64,000 nt of DNA from Octopus bimaculoides (GCF_001194135.2 NC_068983.1:86918577-86982576), one strand, 5' to 3'. Positions 23,801-39,408 are shown, counted from the stretch's first letter. Made by a program: numbers and translations. The notes: generated by a model from the sequence alone, not told the origin.

Positions 23801-25234
23801 TGAAGTTTTCACACTGATTTTTTTTTTTTAATTACAAATTAGATACTAAAAAGTATTGTAACAAGTTAATGTATAATAAAAATTCCACTGAAAATGATGC
23901 TGTATGGCAAATAGAAATGTTATTACATAAAACTACCTAAGAAACAGAATACCAAACCAAAATGACTGACTAGTCTGTGACAACAGCATTAACTGACGTT
24001 AGTATTGTCTAAATAGGAAATTGCTGCACTTGTATTTTAGCCAACTTATTTACATTTCAATTTTGAACATTTTTATAGATAACTAAACAAAAGCATTGTT
24101 TGCAACATTTATAAATATTAATTCCATATATTTCTGAAATTGTAGCAATGAGAATGAGACATTATCAGAGACTAAAACTTAACAGTTTCAAATTTTGGCA
24201 CAAGGCCAGCAGTTTTTTTTNNNNNNNNNNNNNNNNNNNNACTAGAACATGGCTGGTACTTATTTTATCAATCCCAAAAGGATGAAAGGTAAAGTCAACC
24301 TTGGTGGAATTTGAACTTAAAATGTAAAGATGGACAAAATGACACAGAGTTTTGTCTGGTATAATTCTGCCAGTTTGCTGCCCTATTAGAATACAATAAA
24401 AGAAATTTGCTGACTACTGGAAACCAATTTTTAGTATAGGGAATCAAGAGGGAAAAAAATCAATAGCTTAAAATTAAGCTCTTATCTTTTCACACTATAA
24501 CAACAAATTGAAAATACCGAGTTATAACAAAGTTATTGATTTTCTCAAAAGTATGGTATGTTTCTATATTGCCAAAGATAAAATATTTCAAAATGTTAAT
24601 ATATAGAGATTGACTATTCTAATTAAGCCCATCTTTATACTGAATATTTTCTTTTAAAATTTACTAACTGTAGTGTGGATGCTACACTATTCCAACATCA
24701 ACTAAAAATTTATCAGACCAAGAGCTCAATGAACTGAGTTTTATACACACACACACACAGAATTTCAAAGATATACATATTTTGGTTTTTCAATAAAAAA
24801 AATTAAATCAAAACATCATAAACATGTAAGGTAACAAGAAACATTTGGTCTAACACATTAAAACTCGCTTTGGAAAGGGTAATTTCTACTTGCAGTACTG
24901 TCCGTTTTGATTCAATGAAGAATTAATTACTACCACATAGCTCCTAACCAAACAGTAACAGCTGTCAAAGATGAAAATATAAGAACAATCATTCATAACA
25001 GCTAGTGTATAGTCTGGATATAAAAGTTCTAATTAAAAATTTAAAAGTTAGCCAGTTTGATAACATCTCATCAATTTTAATATGAAGCCCATAAGCATTC
25101 AACATTATCAGGAAATTAAGCTTTTGAGCAAACAATCAAATCTTGATAACCTCACATAATTTTCTTCTACTTTAACTGCAAGAGAAATTCAACCCAGCTT
25201 TTGAGTGCATAATCCTGTATGTATATATATATAT

Positions 25235-25268
<34 letters not shown>

Positions 25269-28200
25269 GTACACATGAAATAAAAAGTAGCACATCAACA
25301 ATAAACTTGTAGCTATACACTATGCAAATAACTTTTTATTATTATTAAAAGGAAAAGGTAATGATTAAATGTTATTTTATTTTGTTATAATATGAAATGC
25401 TTATAATGTGTTATATAATTTGTTATTAAAAAAAATAATTAAAAGCAGACACTAAAGCCGCTTTTAATTACAACTTTGATTTCTGTTAAAAACTTACTTG
25501 GCAGCTGGAACAAGGGGCAGGTAATTTCTCCCACAAGCTGGCTAAGGGGTTAATAATTATTTAAATTAATTGGTAGAGAGATGATAAAAGTGAGAGTTCG
25601 TTTTTAGAAAATATGTTCCCTTAAAAGATATGTCAGGGAAAAATAGATAAAAATAAGAGTCATATTGTATAATCCAAAAATTACCTCTTAAAATAATTCA
25701 TCCTGTGCAAGATATTTATGTTGTCTATTTACTATTTCAAAATAAAAATGTAGATTAACAAGAGAATTCATTCAAATATTTGATAGAACCTCTAGTCATA
25801 GTCATTGTTTTTCTTTGGACAAAAACACTAAGGCAATAATACAAAAATATTTTCAAACATTCTGGTTAAATATTCAGCTCCCATAGGAAGGAAATCTAAT
25901 TGGTTTTCAAAAATCTACTAGTAAGGCCTATAAAGTGCTTGCTGCCCAAAACCATTAGTTGCAACTAATAAGAAATGTGCATTTCCAAGAATGCAGTGAA
26001 GAAAATATCTAAAATGCACACTTAAAATTATCTAAATTTGACAAGTCATGGCAACCTAAAATAACTCCATAAATATAACATTTGTATGATGTTTTAACAA
26101 ACAGTTCCATCTTTTTCTACTAACTCCAGTAAAAGAAAAAATCACAACCCCATGTTTTGACATTAAATAAACATTACATACCATTTTGCTAAAATAAGTG
26201 CAGTATCACCAGCTAAAATTATAACAGATTAAAAGTTTATTATTCTAACATACTCTGAATCAGAAAAGATGAAAAGAATGAGTAATAGTTTCAGAATGGC
26301 ACAACAGGCACCACTAAATGATAAAACATCTTTCATGACAACCATGATGTACTGGAGATCAATGATAAGCAATGTAATATAAAAAAATGTAAATGATCCA
26401 CAAATATCTCATTCTAAGACAGCTCTAAAGCTAAATGTGACCAACTGATAGAATGCATGAAAGATATACATTGAGAGAAGTATGTATTTGCTAATGACAA
26501 TCAATTTGTAGAATTATACCTCATTAAAATTCATATAGCACAACTAATATTCAGTACCTAAAATACAACAGAAAGCTCTTAACATTTAATCATAACTTAT
26601 GTTGAAATCAAAATTTTTTTAAATCAATTTAAAAAAAAAAACTAACACATTTTATCAATATGAATGATTAACAATTGCTTGAAACAACTGACACTTGCCT
26701 TGTAATGTTTTCTCCAAATTCTGGTAGGAAAAAATAAAGCTACTTTTATGCCATGTGCTTCAGTTAAAATTAGGGAGGGTCCAAAGGAGTGTTAATGAGA
26801 TTCATATGCCAGTAATGTGACAAGTGAATCCAAGGTAAAACTTTCCGTTCATCATATAACACATAAATATATTTTATAGCTGGATACCCTTCTTGATATC
26901 AAAGTGGAAATGGTGTCTCTCTTTTTCCATTGATGCAACAAAAGGAATGTTAAGTTGAAATTTCAACAAGCTGTAAACAATGTTACTGTGTTACCAATTA
27001 GTAAAAATCCCATTCAAAAGTGGTTTGCTTTTTTAATGGGTTACACATAGTGATTCTCTAATCCATATATTTTCTTAAGAAACAATTTTCCAACTGACAC
27101 TTAACATTACATTAAATACTTTGGCATAGTGACTATTAATTGTTGATAAAGGAGAATTTCTAAAACCAACATAACATAAGCTAAGAGGCAAGAGCTATAT
27201 TGTTACAGTGGTGGAAAGAAGAAACTGCTAAAAATGAGCAAGTTTAAGTTGATACATTTGTTTCATAGATCAATACAAAATGAAACAGAATACAAAAATA
27301 TTGTTTCCACATACTTCAATATTAAACAAATCTAATGCCCTTACAGATTACATTGTTCTACACATTTCATAATAACCCGGTTAATTTTCTGAAACTTTAA
27401 ATGTTCACTAAAACTAATCTATATTGAAAAATATTACAATTTCATCACTTATTTTAATATAAAACCAAAGAGATTATAAGCAATTATTATTTTAAAGATA
27501 TAAAACATATACTCTATAATTAACAAAATTCTCCCACATAAATATCTTCATTTTGTTAGGAAATATTACATCTTGTCTTTTTATACCTGCAATTTGTATG
27601 TGCTACAAAAGAAATATACATCAAAATTCAAATGTTTTCTATTAAAAACATTTCTCAAATATATTACATTCACTTAGCTCATACCAAAATCACATGGCAA
27701 AGGAATCATACATTATAACAATACTGAAATTATATTGAAAGCTGCAAAACAAATTTAACCTTTCAGCAAATAGAGGAAAAATGAAGACAATACTCTGATT
27801 AAATGCCTAAGTCAGCAAGCTAAAATAAGTATCGACTCCATAAATAACTATACTTGAATATATTCATTTAATTAAATGGAAAGAAAATTTTAGTATAAAA
27901 ATTTATTAAATAAGAGAGTAACTCAAGATATTTTGTTATGTGAGTAATTTTTGAAAATACGTCAATTCAAGGGAGGGGAAAAAAGCTATTTTGAACCAAG
28001 TTCAGTAGGTTTTTCACTACAGCTAACACAAGAAACTATGTAGCAGTAAAGTAAAGATGTTTACTATGGGTGTTTCTAAACAAATTCCAAAGTGCAGAGA
28101 AATGCATTCTCAGGGATAACTTTAAAAAAGTGAAAAATTCCTGGCAGTATTTTTCCCCTAATTACTATATATAATACTAGTTTCTTTTTTCTTTTTCAGG

Positions 28201-30567
28201 GGAGGGGGGGTTTTTTCTCCTATTTTAAATTTCTAATCACATTTTTCAAAATACATTATATTGTATTTTTTTAGAATCAATTTTTGTTAGAATAACAATT
28301 GACTGACTTGACTCCAGTCCTAATAAAGACATAGAAAATACATAAATCTAAAGATTTTTTTCTTTTCAAATTACCTATTTTCATTTTTTAAAAATTCAGA
28401 ATATTAGTATTCCATACTTAACAAATAAACAGAGAAAAAGTAGACATTTAAGCCCTTAAAACATTTGCTTGGGTGATTGGTATTTTTCTTTTGGGTTTTG
28501 CGGGAGATTTTTTTCCAATAACATTAAGGCAGAAGGGAGCATTACAATAAGTTAGTCATTTCCTAAAGATGTAAAATACGAAATAAAATTAGTAACTCAT
28601 AAATTAATATTTAAGTAAGTAGTAAATCCTCCTCAAATAAGCAAATTCAATTATCAAATAAATACAGAGGATACGACATGGTTAAAATTTAATCAAAATA
28701 ATTCTTAAATGAAATAAGCGAATCTTAAATATCAAATTTTAGTTGTTATGTATTAAGTTGCATTATTCTGTAACAGTGAAATATAGTTGTATGGGAATAT
28801 AACTTCAACACCAGATGTCATGAAAGTATTATCACAGTTTTATGATACAAAAAAAAATTGAAATAAATGAACCCTTTTAAGTTAAATTTGGGCCATAATA
28901 AATCTATTACTCTTTTTGCAATTTTGCAGCAAATCTTTTAGAAAAATTATAATTAAGAAATAAATTTATAAAGAGAAAGTATCAGCCTTAGGGATCAATT
29001 GCAACTAGGAACATGTACCATCATCTCTCTAATAATTCTTCTGGAGAACATCTTCCAACAATATTGGAATATAATTTTGATCTAATTCAAAATTTGAATC
29101 CAGCAACAGATATAATTTTGCCATATTTTTCATACATTTTTAAATGATCTTTAAAATTAGAAAACATAGTATGTCATCTATTTGAATGTTTTAAGGTGTA
29201 CATTAACTACAAAGCTAAGCTACAATTTATTATCAGCCTTACCATTTAATATTATTGTTGCTATTTATAATAGTCAGAAGGTGCTAAGAAAGTTGGTTGA
29301 AAACATCTTCAGCAGCTATAATTTAATAAAATAGAAGTAGTTTTAATCATGGAGAGACAAAAATATTACTAAGGAGGTGTTGTTAAAAACTACTAATTAA
29401 AAAGTGCTGAGTTAACATTTGCAGATAAATTTACATATAACAAAATACACATAAGGTTTTGCAATGACAAAAAAAAAAAAAATAATAAATAAATCACAGA
29501 ATTTAAAAGAAAAAAAAAATGGACCAAAATTGTTGTTAAATTCAAATAACTGTATAAAATGAAGTTAGATCTAAGATGGCTTGGTTAAGAAATTATTAGA
29601 GAGATTGCAGTAAATATACACTAGATTAAGACACTTGTGATAAATAACTGGGTCAAATATAGTCATTTCACCCAATGGATTATGTGTGTGTGTAATAGAA
29701 ATGTAAACAGTCAGACCAGCAACAAATTGTCTCTCACTTCGAACCTGTCAGCAACAAAAGGAACATACTGTTGACTACAAATCAGAAGTAGAAATGAGTG
29801 CAAAAATTTATACAAGATGCATTCAAGTCAAAACTGACAACAGTTAACTAAATATTTGTAGCTTGCTATTTCTTTAAACAAGAAACAGCAGGGAAAAGTT
29901 TGGGATTAGGGCAAGGGGAATTGCAGGATTACAGGTGCAGATACTTTTTAGACAATATCTTTCAAAGTATTTAAAAACATGGGGAGATTATTACAGTCCT
30001 ACACCCTGCAACTCTACAATAAAAATGTGCAACATGAAAATTTTGTTTAGTCTTAATGTCTGTTTTTATTGTTTTGTTTTTGTTATTTTTTTTTCTGCTT
30101 TTTATGTTTGGTATATGGAAAGTGAAAACCATAAGGATAGAACAAAATGATTGTGATGTGTTAGGGACAGAGAGAAAAGCCAAAAAAAATGTACAAAAAT
30201 GTGAAAAAGGAAGACAAGGTACCAAAATTGAATTAGTTAAAGCAAAAGATGTTAAAGAAACAAGGGCAAATCAAAATGATCACACAAGCAAGTGGTAAAT
30301 GATAAGAAACTAATAATTATTAACATGATGTAAGGACAATGTACATTGCAAATATGAAAAACTAATTTCCTGGGCATTTTGTTAGATTTGTTGTTTTTTT
30401 TTTGTGTATTCTTAAGGAGTGGAAGGGGGAGTGATTTTACGTGGACGTTCTAAATGTGTTGTGAGAAAAGAGAAAACAAATTCAATCTGTTGAGATTTGC
30501 TGCCACCCTGAGAAGTCTAATATGCCAGTTGCATGTTTACCAGCTCATTTTAATTTTCAATAATTCT

Positions 30568-30778
30568 CTAGTTAACTTCCTGTTGATTACTAGAGTCATC
30601 AGAATCACAATCATCAGAATAATGTTCTGAAGGGGTTTCTACATGATTTCCCCGTGAGGGAACTTGATTTAAAAAATCCTGCCCAATAGGAGTTAGTACA
30701 TCTTTAAAGTCATTGCTTCGACAACCATTGTCAGGAAGTGGGGTCGCCAGAGGAGAACTGGGAGCCAAAGTTTTACAC
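30568..30778 (-). CDS. TFDP1: TFDP last exon, acidic tail (...[25 protein letters not shown])
   Basis: ttttttag|G TGT...; VETP plus acidic tail as in DP1 (RVETPVSY...DDEEDDD); stop at 30568-30570. Confidence 0.9.
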
Positions 30779-32032
30779 CTAAAAAATAAAGTATAAATAA
30801 AATGTAGTAAGATGTTTTCCAACATATTACAGAATTCTCCAAATACATCAGCACAGCCTTGAGATTAAAGTAATAAATTTAAAACAAGCTTCTTCAACTC
30901 CATTTGATTTAATAATGTCCACTTTTTAAAAAATTTCTGGCAAGATAACACAGCTGAAATATCACTAAAATCATCCTTTACAAAATGCTTATATTGTTAG
31001 TTCTTAAAGATCTCAAAGAGCATCCAGCACAAAAATGCTACAGCCTCCCCCCCTCCCTTTTTTTTTTTACAAAACAATGACTCATCAAAAAACAGATACA
31101 ACTGCCAATGCATAAACCTCAAGGGGTTTATTGCTCCATTGGAACCTGCACCAATTACATATAATGTTGAAAGATATTTTAAATCAGTCCCACAAAGAGA
31201 TTAAACAAACAAAATATGGAAAATTAATCATTGAAATTACTAGTTAGAGAATTGCTACCAAAACGTTAATCAGTTTGATGGCAATTTTAAATTGATCTTA
31301 AAAAGCTATGTCAATGGTCATAATTAAAATGAATGCTTTAATAATGCTTAATAGCATAGTAGGATACAAACTCACTATCCTCTTAGCTAATTAAATGCCT
31401 TAAAAATAAATTAGAAATAAAAAAACATACAAGAAACCTTTAAGATTTCATCAGTATTTTTTCTTTTCCCAGTAAAGTGTGAACAAATACATACCCCCGA
31501 TGAAAAGATGTATCAGTATTTCCACCAACTGGTGATATACCAGTAGGATTAATACACAATGTCCCAGCAGTACCAGCTTCAGTCAATCCTGAAATAAGTG
31601 AAAAGTTACCTTAAGACAAAATGGCACATCTGGAAAATGAAATGTGCAAGAGAAATGTCCCACCACCAACAAATAAGATATTGTACGATTTTGCCCTCAC
31701 TTCCAATTATTTTATATCATTAAAGGCACAGGTACATAGTTTTTAATTTAGTCCCAAAGGGTGGCACCTTGGACAAGTGTCTTCTATTATAGCCCCCAGA
31801 CTGATCAAAGCCTTGTGAATCATTATCATCATCATCGTTTAACGTCCGCTTTCCATGCTAGCATGGGTTGGACGATTTGACTGAGGACTGGTGAAACCGG
31901 ATGGCAACACCAGGCCCCAGTCTGATTTGGCAGAGTTTCTACAGCTGGATGCCCTTCCTAACGCCAACCACTCAGAGAGTGTAGTGGGTGCTTTTACGTG
32001 TCACCCGGTAAACAGAAACCAAAAGAAGCCCC

Positions 32033-32076
<44 letters not shown>

Positions 32077-32436
32077 NNNNNNNNNNNNNNNNNNNNNNNN
32101 NNNNNNNNNNNNNNNNNNNNNNNNNNNNNNNNNNNNNNNNNNNGTTTCACAGAAAAAAATATATAAATATATAGTTTTAGAGAAAAGAACCGAAGTTCAT
32201 GAACCTATCCATGAAAATCCAGTCACATATAGAAAAATTAATAAGTAAAAGCACAATAAATAAGTATAATATAATACAAAGTAAATATCATAAGATAAAG
32301 ATAATAAAACGACTTATGTATTTACTTTGTATTATATTATACTTATTTATCGTGCTTTTACTTATTAATTTTTCTGTATGTGACTGGATTTTCATGGATT
32401 AGTTCATGAACTTTGGTTCTTTTCTCTAAAACTATA

Positions 32437-32485
<49 letters not shown>

Positions 32486-35400
32486 ATCATCTCAATATCT
32501 ACATTTCCAGGCTCGTCTGGATCAGATGAGATAGTGTGTGTGTGCTTGTGTGAGTAAGTTTATATTTCCCTTGTTTTCACGTGTCCACTGATTGTAAAGT
32601 AAAGCCTTACTGACTGTTTTGGATGGTGTAATTTGCTTGCAGTCTAGTACAAAAGCATGTCCAGGATTCTTGATATGCTGCATGATTTTAGCAAACATAA
32701 GGCTTGATCATATTGTGTTATTTGTTGCCAGTTTTGTATGTAAAACATCCAGGTTGTTTGACAGACTAGACTATTACCTCACTTAGAAACAGACTAAGAG
32801 TGGCATTGGACTGTAAAGAAAACTTTGGCCAAACATACCTTTATCTGACCCATGTAAGCATGGAAAAGTAGACATTAAAAGATAGATATTTAGTTTCCAT
32901 TTACACTTTGTTAAACTAGTTCTGATTATGTTTTTTAATATTTCTTCAGGTGTTGAAAATACTAGGAAAAATATTTTACTTTTTATATTTTATTAGATAA
33001 CAGACAACCAAATATAAAATATTTTGATCATTAGTAACTATAAAGTTTGAAAGAGTTCTGTGGATTACTGATAAACACAAAAGAAAATCTACATTAAAGT
33101 AACTACATTTGTATTTCTGTCAACAATTGAAAATGAGTGAAAACAAGAAATTGATAAAAATGTAAATAAATGGAACCAGCAATTTCATGCAAAAAAAAGA
33201 AAAAACTCCAAGGACCGCTCTACATGATCTCAAACTACTAGAAATAGCAGCTAAATGCCACTCACATTACATCCTAATTATTACAAACACCACATATTTA
33301 ACATACAGGTTATTTAAATGCCAGAAGCTAAAGAATATCATCCAGGGAAAAAATCCTGTATCAAGTGAAATTGTAGTCATGGCCGAAGCCAGTGCCATCT
33401 GACTCGCATCTATGCTGGTGGCACGTAAAAAGCACTGTTCGAGTGTTGAGCCTCGGAGACAGTAACATGTGACCAAGACCTTTCGCGATATACCATTCTG
33501 GTGTTGACCTGTTAAACCAAGTGAGACCATAGTCGTGGCTGATGTGGGTGTCAGGTCAATGGCACGTAAAAAACCCCCACTACTCTTGGAGTGGTTGGCA
33601 TTAGGAAGGGGATCCAACCATAGAAACCTTGCCATATCAGATTGGAACCTGATGCAGACACCTGGCTTACAGCTTTCAGTCAAACCAGCCAACCCATGCC
33701 AGCATGGAAAGCTGACATTAAATGATGATGGTGATGAAACAATATACTCAGAGATGTGATCACTTCTGGAGAGGTTTCATTTGACCTAGTTCTGAAGTAT
33801 ATTGTTTTGCTAATGTTACACATCTTTTAATCTTTTAGTGTCCAAACTGGTCATATCGGGCCAAAATGTTCTACCTGTTTTATGCTCAAACTGGCCAGAT
33901 CTGGCATCTCAGACCTACCCCATAATGTCATTGTAAATATAAGCAGTCACATCAAAATCTCAAAGCTACAACTTAATGCATAATAAATAAGTATTACATT
34001 TGCCAGTAAAGGCACAAGGCCCAGTGATTAGAGCATCGGGCTCACAATCATGAGGTAGTGAGTTCAATTCTCAAACCAGGTTGTGTGTTGTGTTCTTGCT
34101 TAAGACACTATTTCACATTGCTCCAGTTCACTCAGCTGTAGAAATGAGTTGCGACGTCACTAGTGTCAATCTGTATCAGCCATTGCCTTTCATTTCGATA
34201 ACATGGACATCAAAGACTGGTATCTATGGGCGACTGCTAGCCTTTCATAAACAACCTTGCCTCAGAGGATAACTTTCTAGGTGCAATCCTATGGTCATTC
34301 ATGACCGACGGGAGTCTTTATCCTTTACATCTAACAGAGATACCTGAATGCTAATAGGTTAAAGGAATTTTTTTGGACGACAAGACTCCAGCTCCTGACA
34401 TTTAAACAACATACATATATTAATTATGTGGGACTGATAATGTTTACATTATAGGGCTTCTATTGCATAATCTGCAACAATCTTTATTATATCATGCATG
34501 TCAGAAGATAAAAAGAAACGATCACTGCTGAAATCTGTGGTCATAAATTAGTTTTCTTGATTGTATGACTGTAACAGGAATAAAGCCAATGCTAGTATGA
34601 TCTCCGTAGGACCATAGATAAGTTATAGCTACCTGAAACAGTTTGGAAATGTAAGAATATATTTACTTAACTGACTATCTTACTAACAATACATTAGCAA
34701 ATCCCTGCCCCTGAACAGCTTAAATTCACTCTTTTCTGAGGAATGGCTCAGGGTTAAAAGCTCTACGTTCCAACCACATCATCCCAGGTTCAATCCCATT
34801 GCATGGCACTTTGAGTAAGTGTCTTGTACCATAGCCTCAGGTTGGCCAATACTTCGAGTGAAGTTTTGTTAACAGAAACTATGTGTCAGACCATTGTCTA
34901 AGTGTCAAATGTGTATTAACACAAGATTAAAAAATAAAAAAACCTAAAATTTTCAAAGAGAAATACTCTACAGTATTTAAGCCAATAAAATTATGTCACT
35001 TCGTTGATTTTGCATTTCACATCCTATGAACATAAAATAAATTACCCAAGTACTAGAGCCAACATAATCAAAAAGCCCCAATCAAGATACTGAAACATGG
35101 CCAAAGAAAATATCCATGATTAGCTACAGGACCTCGGAGTTTGGTAAGAGAAAGGGATGAAACCACAAATCAAGAGTTGTAGTAGTAGGAAGAAGCAACA
35201 CATTAAGAAATTGAGTTATCTGCAGCCTCAACAAATCCACCATCTAAGAACAGATACAGTCTGATGGATTTCCAGTTTCCGTATATACAGCATCTCTTAG
35301 GTAGCCACAAAGGGGATGGTAGAAGAGTATTACCCTCTTGCTCTGACACCTTTTCACCACTATCTCTTCTGTCTACCCTCTGGTGCTGGTGAACAACAAA

Positions 35401-36850
35401 AAAAAAAAAAAGATATCAGAGAAGAAAGGTTCTTTAACTTTACCAGAAGGAAGACAAATTCTTGAGTGCTGAATGATAAAACATTCAGTACACTTTGTAA
35501 AACGGTTGGTACATAAATGGGGACAAAATAGTTACAGTGGACTCTTATTTAATCTTGCCACGATTAAACCAACACCTGTAGTGTTAGAGTGACAATACAA
35601 TTCACCCAGTATAGTGGGTGAATTTAATTGAGATACAGAATCTATAAAGTGGTTGATGAAATATTGGAGATGACACAGAAGAGAGAGGGCCTTTAATCTT
35701 AACCCCATTAGTGCCCAATTTCTTTTATTTAATTTATTACCAAAAATCTTTTTTTATACAACTTTATCTGATACTAAATATATAAAAAAAAAAATTTATT
35801 ACAATATTTGAAAGACACTCCAGTCTTGATGACTGACTAAAAATATCTCAGAAAAATACAGGTGTTGCAGAAATATGATGGATTATCCTTCAGATCCTAA
35901 AAAAACTAATGGGTGAATGAGAATATAACAACTCTTTATTGACTGAGCCATGATAGAATGCACCCTATAAAATTACTGGCAACAGGAAGGACATCCAGCA
36001 ACAGAAAACATGCCAAAAATGGAAAATCCANNNNNNNNNNNNNNNNNNNNNNNNNNNNNNNNNNNNNNNNNNNNNNNNNNNNNNNNNNNNNNNNNNNNNN
36101 NNNNNNNNNNNNNNNNNNNNNNNNNNNNNNNNNNNNNNNNNNNNNNNNNNNNNNNNNNNNNNNNNNNNNNNNNNNNNNNNNNNNNNNNNNNNNNNNNNNN
36201 NNNNNNNNNNNNNNNNNNNNNNNNNNNNNNNNNNNNNNNNNNNNNNNNNNNNNNNNNNNNNNNNNNNNNNNNNNNNNNNNNNNNNNNNNNNNNNNNNNNN
36301 NNNNNNNNNNNNNNNNNNNNNNNNNNNNNNNNNNNNNNNNNNNNNNNNNNNNNNNNNNNNNNNNNNNNNNNNNNNNNNNNNNNNNNNNNNNNNNNNNNNN
36401 NNNNNNNNNNNNNNNNNNNNNNNNNNNNNNNNNNNNNNNNNNNNNNNNNNNNNNNNNNNNNNNNNNNNNNNNNNNNNNNNNNNNNNNNNNNNNNNNNNNN
36501 NNNNNNNNNNNNNNNNNNNNNNNNNNNNNNNNNNNNNNNNNNNNNNNNNNNNNNNNNNNNNNNNNNNNNNNNNNNNNNNNNNNNNNNNNNNNNNNNNNNN
36601 NNNNNNNNNNNNNNNNNNNNNNNNNNNNNNNNNNNNNNNNNNNNNNNNNNNNNNNNNNNNNNNNNNNNNNNNNNNNNNNNNNNNNNNNNNNNNNNNNNNN
36701 NNNNNNNNNNNNNNNNNNNNNNNNNNNNNNNNNNNNNNNNNNNNNNNNNNNNNNNNNNNNNNNNNNNNNNNNNNNNNNNNNNNNNNNNNNNNNNNNNNNN
36801 NNNNNNNNNNNNNNNNNNNNNNNNNNNNNNNNNNNNNNNNNNNNNNNNNN

Positions 36851-36895
<45 letters not shown>

Positions 36896-39320
36896 TTGTC
36901 TTGACATCACATGATAGTTATAAGTGAGTGTCACTGTTATCCAAGTGATGTCAATTATTTCCAATATTCTGTGAGAACATGAACAAACAATGGGGAAAAT
37001 ATTACCTTGTTTGGAAACAGGTGAAGGATGGTTAGAGGAATGGCATTGGGCCATAGAAAATCTCCCTCAAACTCTGACCCTCCAACCCATGCAAGCATAT
37101 AAAAGTGGATGTTAAATGATGATGATGTATTACAATTTACATTCAATCAGAGTCAATAAAATGTATCAACTCCAACCCCACAGCCCTACTACACTGGGTT
37201 TGTTCTAATCACCATAACCTTAAAATTTTTTTTACTTCTAATGTGAGAAATTAATATTAACTGAAGTTCTGTTCTGCAAATATCTACAACTGCAATTCAA
37301 ATGATGCCATTTGGAGTTGAAAACTAAAACCAAGTACTCTTCTAAATGAGAAACAGTTCAGCTTCTTTTTAGAAAGAGCTTCGTCAAAAGATTCCTGTTT
37401 ACAGCATATGTCTATTCTTTGCATTGTTTGAATAAATTTCTCTGGGTATTTTCCTCCTTTGATTTTCAAACGTAATGACAGTTAATACTTCAAGGGATGA
37501 GTTAGAATTCAGGGATTGGACTCCAATGAGTGATATTCCAGTGTCATCTATAAACACGAGGGAAGTAATATCAGGATTAGTCATAATGTAGTTGATACTG
37601 CAATCATGCTGTTGATAGCATATAGTAAGAATTCAAAAAAAAATTTTTTAATTCACTGATATATTTTAAATGTAGGTCTCTGCATACTTACTGTTGGGTT
37701 ATGAGGAGAGTATAATTATTGTGATAAAAGTTGAAAAAAAAAACACTAATTTGTTGAGCTTTATAAAACTTTTGAATAATTGAGATGGAGGCTTACCTCA
37801 GAATTTTTTTCTCATAGGAATTGTGTAGCTTCCAAGTTAGAGTCTAACTGGAGCATAAATATAGCTCTGAGACAAGAAATCAATGCCTCTGATTCAATAT
37901 ATCTTCTCAATATATGTGAAAGCAACTACAAGTAATCAACTTCACTGTATTCAACCTACCTTAGCAAGTGAGAGTGACATGGCAACAGGTAAATACCAGA
38001 GTTACAATGTACACCAACAATCATTATATATAAGTCAATTTCATCAGAGAAATTTACAAGTTATGATTTGTATATTGGACAAACTGCATTTCATCAAAAT
38101 CTCTAGTTTCTAACAGGACTGGGAGATTTGTATAGTTTCCATTTGTTGTACTTTCTATTACAGGATGATACTTAAAAGGGTGGAGTTAGCCCCATACCCA
38201 GCCCACAAGCTGTTTTCAACTGGCCTCTGCCTTGAAACCTACAGACTATGATCCCCATAAATATAATCTTCAGAATCACAGAGGTTCAAAGCTTTACCAC
38301 AGAGGCGAAACACCACTTGGAAGGCAGAAAGAACGCATGTGGAAGAATTGATTAAAAACTGTATAAATTTATGTTCAGAACCAATTGTCGTATATGGAAC
38401 AATGACAAAAACTGTTTAAATTTATATTTAACACTAATCATTAACTATTACTTTATTGTTTTAAAGCTACTGTAGACCTCAACAAAGATACAAATATGAT
38501 TAATGAGAAATTTAAGTAATACTTATATTTCCTCAGAATGATCAGAAAGTGGAGCATGCCCATAAATTTGCTCATCCTGTCACAGGACATACAGAAAAAG
38601 GAGAATTATCTAAGAAGAATTACAATAAAAAGTAGATTTATATTTAGCATTAACTATTAACTACATTCTTGTTTAAGAAATATCATTTGTGGTGATTGTT
38701 GTTTCAGGTTTGTGTTGCTATTGAATATGCTCATGAAGTTGTCTTCTGAAGTACAAAATTTATTTTGATTTTCCATAACTGAAGGTGGTAGAAAATTGGC
38801 TGAAACTGTCCATGTTTTAAAATTACTATTACTGTAACAATAGCATTGTAAACACTATTGATATCATTCATAATTTGAGTAACTTCAATTATTTTACTTC
38901 ATACTGAAGTCTCTATGCAACCAAACCTCATCTCCTGAAACCCTTCCTATCTTAAACAGCAATATAAAAAAATCATTCAATGATAGAACCACAACCTTTC
39001 ATCAAAACACAATAATATAATAATACAAACATGAATAACAATATAAAATAACTTCCAACATAAGAACAACCACAAAAGAATGTTCTGTGTGGTACTGTAA
39101 TGTCAACAGAAACTGATCAAGAAATGAAGAGGTTTAAAGATGAAAACAGGAACTAGGTCACATTGAATGAGAAACTGGGTTGTTTGATAAGAGTGAAAAG
39201 GGTTAAGAGCCAATGAAAATACATTGCAAAAACAACCTTTTGCTGACTATATCAAACTGGAACTTTAAAAATGTTGCTATTCATCCTACATGTGAAAATT
39301 ACATATATATGTACCTGTAT

Positions 39321-39408
<88 letters not shown>

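Noticed and set aside
37261-37620. Coding-looking minus-strand stretch in TFDP intron 10
   Set aside because: No splice-compatible boundaries and no recognisable family; probably an old TE relic
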